From Antedon mediterranea (Eukaryota > Animalia > Echinodermata): 64,000 bases of DNA. The DNA is taken from positions 9,109,812 through 9,173,811 of the forward strand of contig NC_092675.1 of assembly GCF_964355755.1 (NCBI RefSeq), in the 5' to 3' direction. This document shows, in pieces, positions 14,101 to 27,100 of this stretch. Position 1 is the first letter of the stretch. The number at the start of each line of letters is the position of its first letter. A program made the position numbers and the translations under genes. The notes under the pieces are model-generated. The model made no database searches. It was given only the letters and a program-made list of their open reading frames with translations, and was not told the origin of the DNA.

Positions 14101-15901
14101 TGAAACACACGTCGTATGCTTACGTCGATTTTAGTGTTGTTACGAAAGTTGAAATTTTTTTCTTACGTCGGTCAGATTTATGACGTATTTGAAAAACATC
14201 TCTGATTGGTGTTTCTTTTTAGAGCGGATTTTATAATTTTTCGCGAGAAATGTTGAATGATGTTATTGTACCTGTAGCTACTCAACAGCAGTGTCAGTGC
14301 AGCACACCAACATATTATTTTTAGTAGATAGGCTAGGCCCTAGTATTAGTAATAATACTTAATTAATACTGTACTAATAGGAATTGATTTGACCAAAATC
14401 TAATCAAACTAGCCTAGGAGCCTATGCTAGTAGGCCTTTGTACTATTGTATGAATCAAAATATGAATGAATTATCCTGGCCCTCTAGGCCTAGCCTTAAA
14501 CTGTTTTCAAAATTTAAAAAAAGCAAATCATTTCGGGATTCCTATTATTATTAGACCTACCTAGGCCCTAGGCTAGGCCTTGGCCTATGGGCCCAGGCAT
14601 ACTCTAATCGATCGAGCATGAGATAGTAGGCCTACTACCGCAGTAAGATACCCATTATTTACAGGCCTATAATAAGAATAAATTTAACAAAACAATATAA
14701 ATTATACAAAATCAAGCAAACATTTTTTTTTAAAGTTACATAATAATATTATTATTGCTTACAAAGAGGCTTTCTATATCTTATCTTGTTGCAAATATTC
14801 ACTTTTCGCGACGTTTCTACCGACAAATAGAACAGAAGAATGTCGGTTTCTTTGAAATGCTGATTGTTTATTGCACGTCCATAAATAGGAGTATTACATT
14901 TTGATGAGTTGTAAACTCCCTGATTAGAACATTATTATATTGAAACTACTGTGCATTTGTAAAGTATGTACAACATCGTAAAGTGGGCTAAAATACAGTA
15001 GTAAATACATACAAATGTTATTGTCCGGCTTTATTTCACTATAAGGTCATACACATTACGTCATAACTCTTGTCGGTCATTGGTTGCTTGTTACGATTGC
15101 GCTTACGTCTCTTGCGAAAGTTGACTTCAAGTCAACTTTCGTAAGAGACGTAAGAAACGTGACGCAAGGGCGTTCATTCAAGCATAAGATAAAAAATCCC
15201 GGTTTCCTGTAAAATCGGAAGAAATCGTCGTAACGCAACAATTGTTAGGTCATCGGTTTCCTGTAAAATCGTTTGTCGTTACCATTTTTCTTACGTTGCG
15301 TCGATTTTATAAATTTTCGATCGTAATCGGTTTCCTGTAAAATCCGCATTTCTTACGACAAATCGACGTAGTCGCAACAAAAGTGATGTTCTTACGTCGA
15401 CAGGAAACCAGGCTTAAAGACGATAGGGCCAGACGTACAAGACGATCCATTTCTTATGGGCCCGATCATTTCTATGATGGACCCGATCGTCTGTTTAACA
15501 GTCATACATAATAACCAGGGAAAAATTTCATTTGAAAATTTTGTTTAGCAAAATTGCTAATCAAACTGATTTTTTAGTCAAGAAACATAGTTTTGTATTG
15601 TATTTTTTCCTACACAATTTTAGAAATGTGTAGCAAAAAGGTTGTTTTGTATAGCTTTTTGCTATGCTACACTGGCGAAATTATTCCCTGATAATATTGG
15701 CCTAGGCCTATCTAGCCTAGGCTAGGCCTTGTTGTACCTAGTCCAAGCTAGGCTTACCAATTTCTTTTCAGTCACATGGACTTCCCCACCAGGTTTAACG
15801 TCAAACTCGTCTTCTATCATTCCACGGGTAGCATGAGCTGTGAAGTACAGGGTACACAAAAGTATACATAACTGATGGAATTCAAAAATCATTATTATCA
15901 T
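5144..15901 (-). CDS. MYDGF: Myeloid-derived growth factor (MYDGF/C19orf10) homolog, 5 coding exons, 157 aa
   Basis: Exons 15901-15758, 10806-10756, 9384-9247, 8592-8532, 5223-5144, all GT-AG and phase-consistent (474 nt). Protein: signal peptide, then ...EFDVKPGGEVH...GCIFTYAAQGGTNEKW...CSVERPDGRSYLFFQQFK...AHNPKSEL*. This matches human MYDGF motifs as recalled (FDVRPGGVVH, CMFTYASQGGTNE, RPQGKSYLYFTQFK, C-terminal RTEL). The start could be 15892. Confidence 0.93.
6030..8300. repeat. 36-bp minisatellite (TGCAATGCACTCTACTACTGAAATCAAATTAGTCTC), ~63 copies, in MYDGF intron 4
   Basis: Directly visible tandem array that generates the spurious SAMHSTTEIKLV ORFs. It contains a ~754-bp higher-order duplication (ORFs 6570 vs 7324). 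Confidence 0.97.
11788..12311. mobile_element. Non-autonomous hAT5-like MITE (CAGG termini, 5-bp TSD)
   Basis: Termini CAGGGGCGCAG...CTGCGCCCCTG, flanked by TATGT on both sides. Confidence 0.8.
13190..13493. mobile_element. piggyBac-like MITE
   Basis: TIRs CACATTGACTGCCA / TGGCAGTGAACGTG; flanks TTAA and TTAT (degenerate TTAA). Confidence 0.55.
13920..15414. mobile_element. Non-autonomous PIF/Harbinger-like DNA transposon in MYDGF intron 1
   Basis: ~26-bp TIRs AG(G/C)CTGGTTTCCTGTCGACGTAAGAA, TAA on both flanks, and subterminal GGTTTCCTGTAAAATC and CTTACG motifs. Confidence 0.8.
15516..15690. mobile_element. 175-bp MITE (CAGGGAA(A/T)AATTTC TIRs); second copy at 47676-47852
   Basis: 14-bp TIRs, flanks ATAAC/ATAAT, and a near-identical reverse-complement copy at 47676-47852. 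Confidence 0.85.
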
Positions 15902-16307
15902 AAATTGTTGCGTAGCATTACACCATGGATTAATGACACTATAATAACAAAATAAAATACACGCCGCCGCGATATAAAACTTGTAAAAAAAAATTTCCAC
16001 CCGGTCCATTCCAAGTTACAAATGGGGTGGTCTAAAATAATATAAAAACTTCACCATACTTGTAACTTTAAATAGATACAAAATAACTTATTATAATGGA
16101 ATAAGAATAAATAGAAAAATAAATAAAAAATACATTTATAGACATCTTCGTTTTTATGTTATTTAGGCCTACTTGTTTTAGATATAATAAAAAGCTGTCT
16201 CTACCCGTACTAGTAATGATTGAAACTGCACTGAACTCCAAATACGATGATGCCACGTCAATTAGTGGGATTCCCCAAAAGCATGATTCAACTAGTATTA
16301 GAGATAT

Positions 16308-17047
16308 TCTTACCTTTAGTGATTCTTACCTTTAGTGATTAAAAGAGGCTGTGAGCTTAGTGCTCGTAAGTTGCCTCCTCTCCTTTTGTTTATGTGAAAT
16401 GTCGAGGTTGTTTTTGAATGAATTTGTGTTTGTGCTGTTAATGACATGTTCTGGTAGTGTCGAGTTCCATTTGTTGATTGCTCTGACGTCAAAATAGGTA
16501 TCTCTCCTGATGGTTTTGTATCTAGGTTTAGATAATGTAAGTGAGTGTCCTCTGGTTATAACCTCTGGGGTTCTGCCTTAGAGTGAAAAATGAATTTGCC
16601 TCAATGTTTACTATACCACGGATAATTTTGAACATTTCAATGAGATCACCTCTATCTCGTCTTTCTTCGAGTGTTAGTAGGTGAAGCATGGCATGCAAGA
16701 CGCTCATCAGCGGGAAGATTCCTAAGTTCAGGTACAAGTTTGGTTGCTCGGTTTTGTGCTCTTTCTAAAATCTTCTTGCGTCCAACTTGGTTAGGTGACC
16801 ACACTTGTACACAGTACTCTAAGAGTGGACGAATTAGCGTTTTATACAATGGGATGAACATCTCTTTATCTAAGTAAGTGAAGGTGCGCCTAATCATTGC
16901 AATTCTGCCATTAGCTTTTGCGACAATCTTGTTTACGTGGGTTTTGAATTTGAAATCTGTAGTAACAGTTATTCCCAGATCACTTTGCTCAGTCACAGAT
17001 GCAAGATCAGTGTCACCAAGACGATATGTATGATTAGATATGTTCAA
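16308..17047 (-). mobile_element. 5'-truncated CR1-clade LINE (RT C-terminus, frameshifted)
   Basis: ORFs 16652-17047 (DLGIT...LYKTLIRPLLEYCVQVWSP...QNRATKLVPEL) and 16528-16737 (LEERRDRGDLIEMFKII); tandem tail repeat at 16306-16339. Confidence 0.88.
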
Positions 17048-18556
17048 AGTTATAGAACATAAATCCAGAGTTTTTCGGAACTAGAGTTTTATGCCATGTC
17101 TTGCGTCTGGCCAAATCAAAGGGGCTACCTGTACATAGATGTTGTGCCGCACAATAATTAATATTGCACATTGTGGCTTATGCTCCTGTGCTTGAAGGAT
17201 GACTGTTGTTGATGAAGCATTCTGGTGGTGAGAGGATGCCTTACCCATATTTTAAATAGTTGGTAATATTAATAAAATATGCAATTTTTATATTTGAATT
17301 ATCATATTGGTCCTGCCATCTTCGGTCATTAAAAATACGGGGAATGCATCTTCTCACTTACTGATTTGATGTTTGAAGTGAATGTTGAATGGGATAGTGT
17401 CAGCTCTACTCATATTGGTCATCATGTATGTGGCATCGTTGTTATTTGGTCCAAAAAAATGGCACCTAACTTTTTTTAATTCAGCAACTCAAGAATAACA
17501 AAGTTAGCCAATAAAATCTATTTTGGCACTAATATCGAGCTGGAGCTAGTTTTCCTTACATATGTGACTATCGTCGATTCAATCAGGTTTTACTTTACAT
17601 ATACATAAGCATTTTAACCGACCAATCAGAACAGGGTTATTTATTATTATTGTCTCCTGGCAAAAAAAATTATTTACCTGAAAAAAATAGTAAAATTGTC
17701 TGGTTTTGTGTTAAATTCAACGTTTTATTTTGTTTATAAGCTAAATCATCATAACCTCATTAAAACTGCAAAATAGCATATTCAAAGTCTGATTTTATAA
17801 ATCTTTACTTTTCATGATTTTGGGGGACAATACATCATTAAACTTTTGATTCTGTGTGGCTGGCTTACAAATCCTAACTTTGTTAGATTGTAATGCAATT
17901 AAATCAGAATGCTAATTGTTATTTTGCCCGAATGTATGCAACCTCCAAGGTGATCCACATAATAATTACCCTCAATTACTTGAAAGTTGATAATAACCAC
18001 GTATATATAATTATACAGGTATATATATTTACCGTAATAACGATTAGCTCACCAGAACATGCTGGCCTAGCCTTGCATGATACAGACCACTAATTGGGCG
18101 TTATACAGGCCAAATGTTGAGAACTCCTGTTAAAGGCATTAACAGTAAAATGAACAAAAGGGCTGCAGTAATAATAAACTATTAATGAATGTGATGATTG
18201 AAAAAAAAGCAAGATGATTCAATAGTATATATTGATTTATTTTTACATTTAATATACAACTTTGCATACACCTAAAATAATTCTTGACACAATCTGGACT
18301 ATTACACATAATATTTCAAAAGTTATTGGAAAGCTATGGGTCTAATTTGAAAATTGGTTAAATATAGTTACAGCAAAATAACATTGGCAGGATTACAGGC
18401 TTATAAAGGTTCTATTTCATACATATCCAACAGCAAGTAACTGTCAATTTCAGGATGAGTAAACCAAGTCTCTTTTGAGGCATGGAGGAGTAAAAACAGA
18501 GTTACATTACAATCAATTGAACCATGGAATTTTAAGGCAAGCATGGTAACCACAAG

Positions 18557-18827
18557 CTTTTCACATCTGCAAAATGTAACAAGCTGTAACCAGGTTTGCA
18601 TACTGTGAAGACAATTTTGTGGAAAATCTCCCGAGATTTCACAGGGGTTCCTTGTAAAATCTCGAAGAAAAACATACCAACAAGAGGCCTGTGTTTTTGT
18701 TCCGAGTTCTTACTGCGTGCATGTGTATTGCCCTGGGATTAAATGTCCAATCATAGTAATCAAATTGTGCGCAACATGGTTACAATTTGTTACAAGTTGT
18801 ACAAATTTATGCAGATGTGAAAAGGGT
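18557..18827. mobile_element. Small MITE-like inverted-repeat element
   Basis: CTTTTCACATCTGCA ... TGCAGATGTGAAAAG inverted termini with internal TGTAAC/GTTACA motifs; TSD not clear. Confidence 0.5.
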
Positions 18828-20174
18828 ATTGACTATTATTGTAAATTCGTATGAATCAAATTCTAGGCAAAAAGAATAAGCTATATAAAAAGATACAATA
18901 TATGTACTAATGGTATAACATAAACTGTACAAACTTACTACAATAATATAAAGATTATACAGAACGGTATAAAATAGGCTATATTTAAATAGAATAAAGG
19001 ACCTAACAACAATTAAATTTAAATAATATCAAATATATGAATATAAAAAATATATATTGCAACAAAATAATAGATATATATTTCTCTACAATAACATTGT
19101 GTCAAGTTTATAACAGAACAATATGTAATTACAATGTATAGTTGGTAAATAGTTGGTTTGTGTGCAATTTTGCTGGATTCTAATGTATGTATCGGTTGTT
19201 TTTTTTCTAGTGTTTCCGCTGTATTTTTATTTTCTTATTACGTTATTGGAGGCAATTCAGTTTTATACTGCAATTTCTTTTTTAAATATAAAATAAATAA
19301 ATAAATAAATATTAGTTTTAAATTAAAATATTGTATAACACCAAGTAAAAACAGCATTGTATTTTTAATTTATTGTCATGGTTTATCAATAAATACTGTA
19401 TTAAATCATTACAATATACAAATTCTAAAGTACATTAAAAGGCCTACAACAAATGACCTTGTTAAAATAATGTAGTTACACCTCATTAAGACCATCAAAT
19501 GTACCAACATAAATCAAAATTATTTGAACATTTATTGACCATATACTCATAATTTGCATGAATTAAAATAGACCTGTTATAAATTGTATACAAAATAACC
19601 TGAATCTGATAAAATATGATATATTTCTAGACATTTAAATACCAATAATTACTACTATTAAACTCCTAAATAATTTACATTACTGTATATTGTTTACAAA
19701 AATATTACACTTTCTGAATTCAAGTTCGATTTATAATTTTTTATGTGCAACATATATATATATATATATTTACAATACTGTAGCACTCTGCCATGATTTG
19801 GAACCAGCAATTCATGGCAAAATTGTACTGCACCACATAGTGGCAATGAATGACATGGTAACATGATAAACTGACAATAAATGGCAGGTTTTACATAAAG
19901 TCTGGCTTTTAAAATGTGTTTTCCATAGTAGGAAAGACTTGACCTTTATGACCGTAAGTACATTTTGATTTTCAAAGACATTCTATTAATCAAGGAGTTG
20001 GAAAGTGTATCACTTATTTTCAAATGTATATTGCACTTATTACGTAAGGCATTTAAAGAAAACTATTTCATTAGTAAATTTTAATCTGTTAGATTGGTAC
20101 ATTGCTTTGTAGGAACATACACACAGGAGGAGGAGGAGGTTTTATGAAAGACAATATCTGGCAATATGAAATGT

Positions 20175-20376
20175 TTGTTGGGTGGGTGAAAGGGGTGGAT
20201 TGTCACTATAACTATATTAATCCTATGGTTGTCATGATGCTTGTTGGGTGGGTGAAAGGGGTGGATTATCACTATAACTATATTAATCCTATGGTTGTCA
20301 TGATGCTTGTTGGGTGGGTGAAAGGGGTGGATTATCACTATAACTATATTAATCCTATGGTTGTCATGATGCTTGT
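20175..20376. repeat. 66-bp tandem repeat x3
   Basis: Unit TGTTGGGTGGGTGAAAGGGGTGGATTATCACTATAACTATATTAATCCTATGGTTGTCATGATGCT, probably in or near the FRMD 3'UTR. Confidence 0.9.
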
Positions 20377-21123
20377 TCCGTTTGTGATGGCATTCTACAA
20401 TATACCATTTATAATTGAAAAATTCTTGTATGTTATTGATGCATAATTACAGGTCACAAAGAAGTTAATTAATTCTTGTGCCTCTGTGTGTATCTAGAAA
20501 GTTGTACAGATGTTTGAAACACAAAAAATGAAAAAAAAAATATTCTAAATTTTAATTGGCTATATCAAAGTAATATTAAAGTTATTCACTTTAAGTCGAA
20601 AATTCGAGCCAAAAACAACAGTTTACGTAATTAACAGGTAAATTAATTAGATTACATTTCGTCTGAGAAATCGTCGCAAGCGAAAGTAAACAAAGATTTC
20701 AAACCATGAGTATGCATTATGCATGATGCTAATTAGGATTGTTTACAACTCATCACGGTTGAGCAGGTGTTTTCACACAGATCGCGAGGAAGTTTTATGA
20801 TTATGCATACAGAGTAGCCAAACAAGCGCATTGCATTATGGGATATGTTTTGATTGAAAACTTTGACTGGAAGTCAAAGTTATTTTTTGAACAAAAAACA
20901 TCTGTATTTCGGTTAAATTATTTTTTTTTTTACTAATTTTTGGTGAAAGTTAATAACTATTATAATACTTCAAAATGATCCACTTTTTTTCCAAATTAAA
21001 AAAAAAAAATTTTTTTGGAATTAGTCAAAGGGACAATACATCTTTAATAAAAAGTGGCTATTTGTTAGAATGAAAACAAAATTTAAATAGGTAAATATTC
21101 AAAACCTTAATATTAATTGTAAA

Positions 21124-24100
21124 CTATTTATTATTTTTGCGCAAATCTTGACTAGATTCTGTTAAAGTTGAAAATAAAACAGACCGTAATTTATGCAAGA
21201 CTGATAATGAATAGTCATAGATGGTTATTACAAAATTCTCATGAATTATTGAATAAAATTCGGTAATGCTCTGTTTCAGAGGTGTGTAGTAGTCTGAATA
21301 AAAATCGCGTACACATTGTAAACTCCTGAAATCGCGTACTGCACTCAAATTTGTGCAATCAATTTCAAACAAAATGATTAGGACTAGTGTCAAACTGAAA
21401 ATAGCAACACTGCAACAAGGAAGAAGTTTAACAAATATGGAAGGTTTGTTCTGCATGATCTCCATGTTGGAGTCTGACATTGAATTAGGTTTGAAAGATT
21501 TGTGCTCAACAAAGGAATGGTTGTTTGCTACAATATTATCCTCTTGAGAGTTGCAAGGCGGTACATCAGACAAGTTGCAAGGAGGTACATCAGACAAGTT
21601 GCAAGGAGGTACATCAGAGAGCTTGCAAACTTCAGTACATGGTGCAGTTGTAGTATCCTCAATGTTTTCATGATCAACAGGTTGATAGGATGGCAGTTGG
21701 TTATCATACCTCCGTGGGGTTGAATGATTGGAATCCGAGATGTTCGAAAAACCTACAAAAGATTAACATAATTAGCAATTACTTAAATTTATCTTTTTTT
21801 TAAAAGCAAACCTATTCAAAAGGATGAGTTATAAAAAGAAATTAAAATTGAAAGGAATTAGCTTGACAATTATCTTGATGATCGAAAATGGTGCTTTGAT
21901 TTTAGCAATCAGTATTTAAAAAGTTGAAACAGTAATTTATAACTGTATCTATAACTGTTCACAATTGTCTTCAATTCAACCAATAATGAACTTACCATCA
22001 TAAGCATGTACATCTGAACTGTAAAGATGATCCATAAATGACTTTGTTCTTCTTGGCTTTACTAGAGGTGGACTCCTGCATTATGCATACAAAAATAAAA
22101 CACTATGATTGAAGACATTTCATTTATGTTACAGGTCACACTCAACATTGCAAACAACCAAAAATATCTCAGGGAAACAATCAGAATTGACGAACAGGAC
22201 ATGTTACATTTGATGGAGAGAATGATAGTTTGGGTCATTATTGAAAAGGACGCTTATTTGAAGGAGTATGGTATACATGTTTTGCGCTCATATGGTTGGT
22301 ATTTGATAGGAGCATACATGTCATATTTGAAGCAGGCAGTATATAATTCAGTTCATTCTTTCTGTGTTTAAATTTACCTTGCAAAAATAGGTTCTTCTCT
22401 TGTAATGTTTGCACTCTGTTCTAACAATTCGTGTTGTGTTCTCCCACTATATTAATTTAAAACAGTAATTGTGTAAGAGAAGCAAGACATTTTCCATATA
22501 CAATGGTATCTCTGAATACCAACCATCTGAAAACTTATATTAACATCCTAAACTTACTCACTATTCTTCTTTTAATCAAATACATTAGGATTTTCCTTTT
22601 ACAATTCTGTATGATTTATTCAGTTCGTTGGTTGGTGTAAAATACATTTTTAAAAGTAAAAGTGTAGAAAATACCTTAATGCCTTGAGAAAAATAAGTTA
22701 CTCACGAGAACCTAAACCGTGTTCCACGAAATAAACTACCAGATGTCTTTGTTGTCACATCTTTTGATCTTTGAAACCTGACAAGCAAAAGTTCAAATTC
22801 AATATAACGTATACAGTGACATTTCATATTTTCATTATCCATCCATATTAGTAGATTGATGTATCATTTACATTTGTTTCAGACAGGCTTTATTATGAAA
22901 GACCCCACTCATCCGTTACATTACTGTTATAACTTAAATAGATCAGGCATTAGGCTACGACCTCCAAGAGCAAATCTTTGTAGAACTAGAAAATCCTTCG
23001 TTTTAAATAGCATTCATATTTTTAATTCTAATGTAAGACGTTAATGCAATTTTTAATAGTTTTACATTTTTAACAGTATTTTTTAACTTTTTATCTTGTA
23101 TTTTTAATCTGTTATTATACTGCACGTTTTTAAATTGTTGCAATATTGTTGTTTTAATCTACCAAGCAAAGTGAATTTCCATTTTTATGGACAAATAAAA
23201 TTTCTTGAATCTTCTTGAATCTTGAATCTTTATTCATCCATTATAGTTTAGTGTGCTGCTGTGTTCATATCATTATATTTAAACTACATTCAACTATATT
23301 ACAAAATTATTTATTAGAGTATTGTTTCCCAAGTTGTGCTGCTTATAATATAGCCACTATACTATGACAAAAGAATACCAGTTTGTATCCTGAAAAAGAT
23401 GCAGCAAATCAAAATAAATGGGGCTATGTTCGCTGGAATGTTTCAACTAACGTCAGTATAGCTATGTTTTGCCTAGTTTACAACAGCCTAACTTGAATCA
23501 TAACTCTTACAATTATTATTTCATACATTATTATATAATACAAAATATAAAATGGTAAATGCCAGGCAGGGACAGCTTAAGCAAAGTACATTTTTTAAAA
23601 CTAAAATCAACCAGCTACCCCAATTTAAAAATGATTTAATAATAAATTACAATAATAACTACAGTAATTTCAATATGTCTATATATCCTCCTTTAAAATG
23701 CATAAAACAAAAGAATATAGTTAGAATAGGTAGAATCAAGCAGGTTAGACCATATAGAGAAAAGATTAGTGGAATCTCATCCTTTAAATATCACATCAAG
23801 ATTATAAAAAAAAACTTACTTGAAGAAAGACTGATGATCTACTGCACACTTCCAGAGATGTTTACTAGCTGCAGATGTTTCTGAGCGAAACCGATGAATT
23901 ACCTTACGCTGGACAAAATAAAACAAAGTTTCACATACATATACAGGTAGTAGAATTCATAACCACTATTAATAATAGAAACAATAATGGGAATATTCTG
24001 AAGAATCATATCAAAGCAATGTTTGATGTCTGTTTTCTCTGTTTAGTAGTATTAGCAGTACTTGACTGTGTAGGACAGGTAAAATACTGTAAAATGATAC

Positions 24101-27100
24101 ATCCTACTTAAAACTCACAGGTCTACAAGCTTCATATCTTTTTATATCAGCTGAATTTTAGCCTCTCGTATTTATTGGTACTATTTACTGATCTCTTCAA
24201 ATGCACTGTCTAAGCTAGCCCTAATGACCACTAACACGAAGGATACTCCTGCCACGCAAGCACAACAACAAGACAATCAAAACAAACCTGTCCTGCCACG
24301 AGGGATGAATAAAGATATACTTATATAGAATGTTCCTACCTCATTCACCAAAGCACTTATATAGAATGTTCTTCCATCAAACGACAGTCTAGAAACCTCT
24401 TTCCATGTGAAATGCTGTAGCTCTTCCCGGCCTTTAAGTAAACTAATGCCTTTGTATGTCAAACCTATATACACTAATGTTCCATAGATATCCTGTGCAA
24501 AAAATATAGGGATATCTTTAATTGTATAATCATTAACAAATAAACTTTTGGGTTTCAATAGGTTTACATACAATAATGTATTTTTACTATTGTATTTTTA
24601 TTTCTATGTCGGTCAGTTGAGCACTAACTTGAGCACGTATATGGCCTTGTTATCTAGAAGAACAGTGTTGATGTCAAATCGAGTGGTTATGGAGAAAAAG
24701 TCACTGATGTCATAAAGTGAACAATTGGCATTCAGTAAGAATATTCATAAAATACATCAATTTAAAACACATTCTAGTCTGATTTCCATATCATATTCTC
24801 CCTCTCTTTTTAAATACATCCTGCGAATAGTATAGGCTAAATCTTACTTACCCTGACTGGATGAGGGTCCACTCCGTAAGTGAGTAGAGTGTGGGCCTTT
24901 TTTATGAAATTCTTTTCTGCATTAGCTACACTCATGCCCCTGTAGATAACATGAAAACAAAACTGACATAAAAATAAATGAATGACATACCATATTTATT
25001 CGAATCATTTGAAATAAATGACTTTCTAAAACGCTATTGATTTTGGTTTTTAACCAGGTTTTTGAAAATAGTATTTGTTTGAAATATATTGGGGATAATT
25101 CATTCACAGACTTTAGTTATTAATAATTTTAACAATTAGACAGCAATAGGAAAGTAGGAGAAGCAATTGTTACTGTACCCTAAACACTTGTGCTTGTTTT
25201 CCACTGCCTTTTCAAATCTATTAGACTGTTTTGGAACCAACTTGAATCTGTTCACATAATCACCAATAGCAGACACATCATAATCACCAACATTTGCTGG
25301 ATAAAAAAAGTAACGCAGTATAAATTGCCATACATGTCACATGTATGGCAATTTATACTGCGATGTCGACAGAAGTGTGCAAACCATTGCCACAACATTT
25401 ACACAGGTTCAAGGCTCTCCTTGACCATAGGTCTGGTGGTAGTCTTTACAGATAAGGACTTAGACATTGGCCTTTGTACATCAGTTGATCTGTACTGATC
25501 CACCTTCTCAGCCCCTATCGGTATGTATACATAAGGACACCCTAATTAAAATTTCCTCAATGGAGGATGAATAATGTCACACCAAAAAATAAAATAAATT
25601 AGACAATCGAGTTTGAAATTGAGAAATTCTGTAATTTTAATAACTAATATTATCATCATCAAAATGATCTTACTACCTTGAATAATATAAGCTGCTAATA
25701 TGACTAAGTCTTCCTTGTTGCATAGCAGACGACCATGCTGCAAATCTCTACAAAGCTGTAGGAATAGGTGGTATTGAGTTATTCCTTCTTTGATGGCCTG
25801 AGGGTTAGCTGGGTAAGTCTTCACTCTGAACACAAGGTTGTAAGGTGGCCCTCCTATAAATAAATTAAATAAACATACACTTAAAGCCCGATTTGAAAAT
25901 TTTTCATATCAAGTTAACCATGTGGTTCAGTCTTTTCCAACCTTCCAGAAATTGGACTTTATTTTTGTTCTAATTTCAACTACAGTATGTTGATTTAGAT
26001 GATGATATTGACCTTTAATCAATTTAATTGAACTCTCTATTTCTATTTTCAGTCGCATTCAACAGCGGGAAACCCGCCACTAATAGAATGGATTAAAAAT
26101 ATCGAAAACATTATGAAAACTTAAAACTATATATATATATATATATATCTATCTATCTATCTTTCTCTAAGTACCTTCACTTGCACTGATGCAAAGGCTA
26201 GTGTTGCCCGAAAGCTCTGCTAACTTTTCTGGCTGTTTTACTTTATCGTTTTGATTTAGCTTTTCGCTTTTTTTTTGCATCTCCATTGAGATCCAGCCAC
26301 TGATACCCACAGTATTGTCATTTTTTTTTAAATTTATATTTTTATATTAGCCTAATTCGATCCGTATACAAATTAAATTATTTTCTTGGCACAAGTCCGA
26401 CTTAAACAACGTCACGTCATAGCGACAACGAGAGATGCGGAAATTCACCACGCGATGGAATGTTTAGGAGGCCTAGCGCTTTCTGGGTACGCTATGAAGT
26501 ATGTGGTTCGTCGTGATCATACTTTGTTGGAGGCCTAGAAAATATGAAAGTTACCGTACCGCCATGGTTCTTACACACATTTTTATGTTTTTGTTTGTTT
26601 TTAATCAAAAGCCCTTTACTTTTAAATTAATACACAATTATTTTTCATAAATAGTCCTGATACGTAAAAAGCTTTGTTGTAACAAAATGGAAAGTGATAT
26701 TAATGGGCAAATACTTTCTTATCATTGGCCAATTAATAGCCTTTGTTACCCAGAAGTGTGAAACTCGACTAAAAGCTCAACTTCATTAAAGTCGAACTGC
26801 AAACTTCGACTACTTCTTTTATGAATCGAATTTGAAGTAATAGCAGGAACTACTTATTGAAGTTGAAGTTCAAACTACGACTAAATATGATGTTTACAGA
26901 ATCAATCTGGAGTATGGAGTGCCAAACATAATATTGTCTGTTACTACAGCCTATATCTCACAAAATTGGCAACAGAACATTTTTACAAGAATTTAAACAT
27001 TTATTTGAAAATGTTCCAATAAGGTTTTTGATAAGATTTGCACAGCGTAATTTATGCACGATTTTATGAAATTCATCATAATTCCAAAACCAATAGTCAT

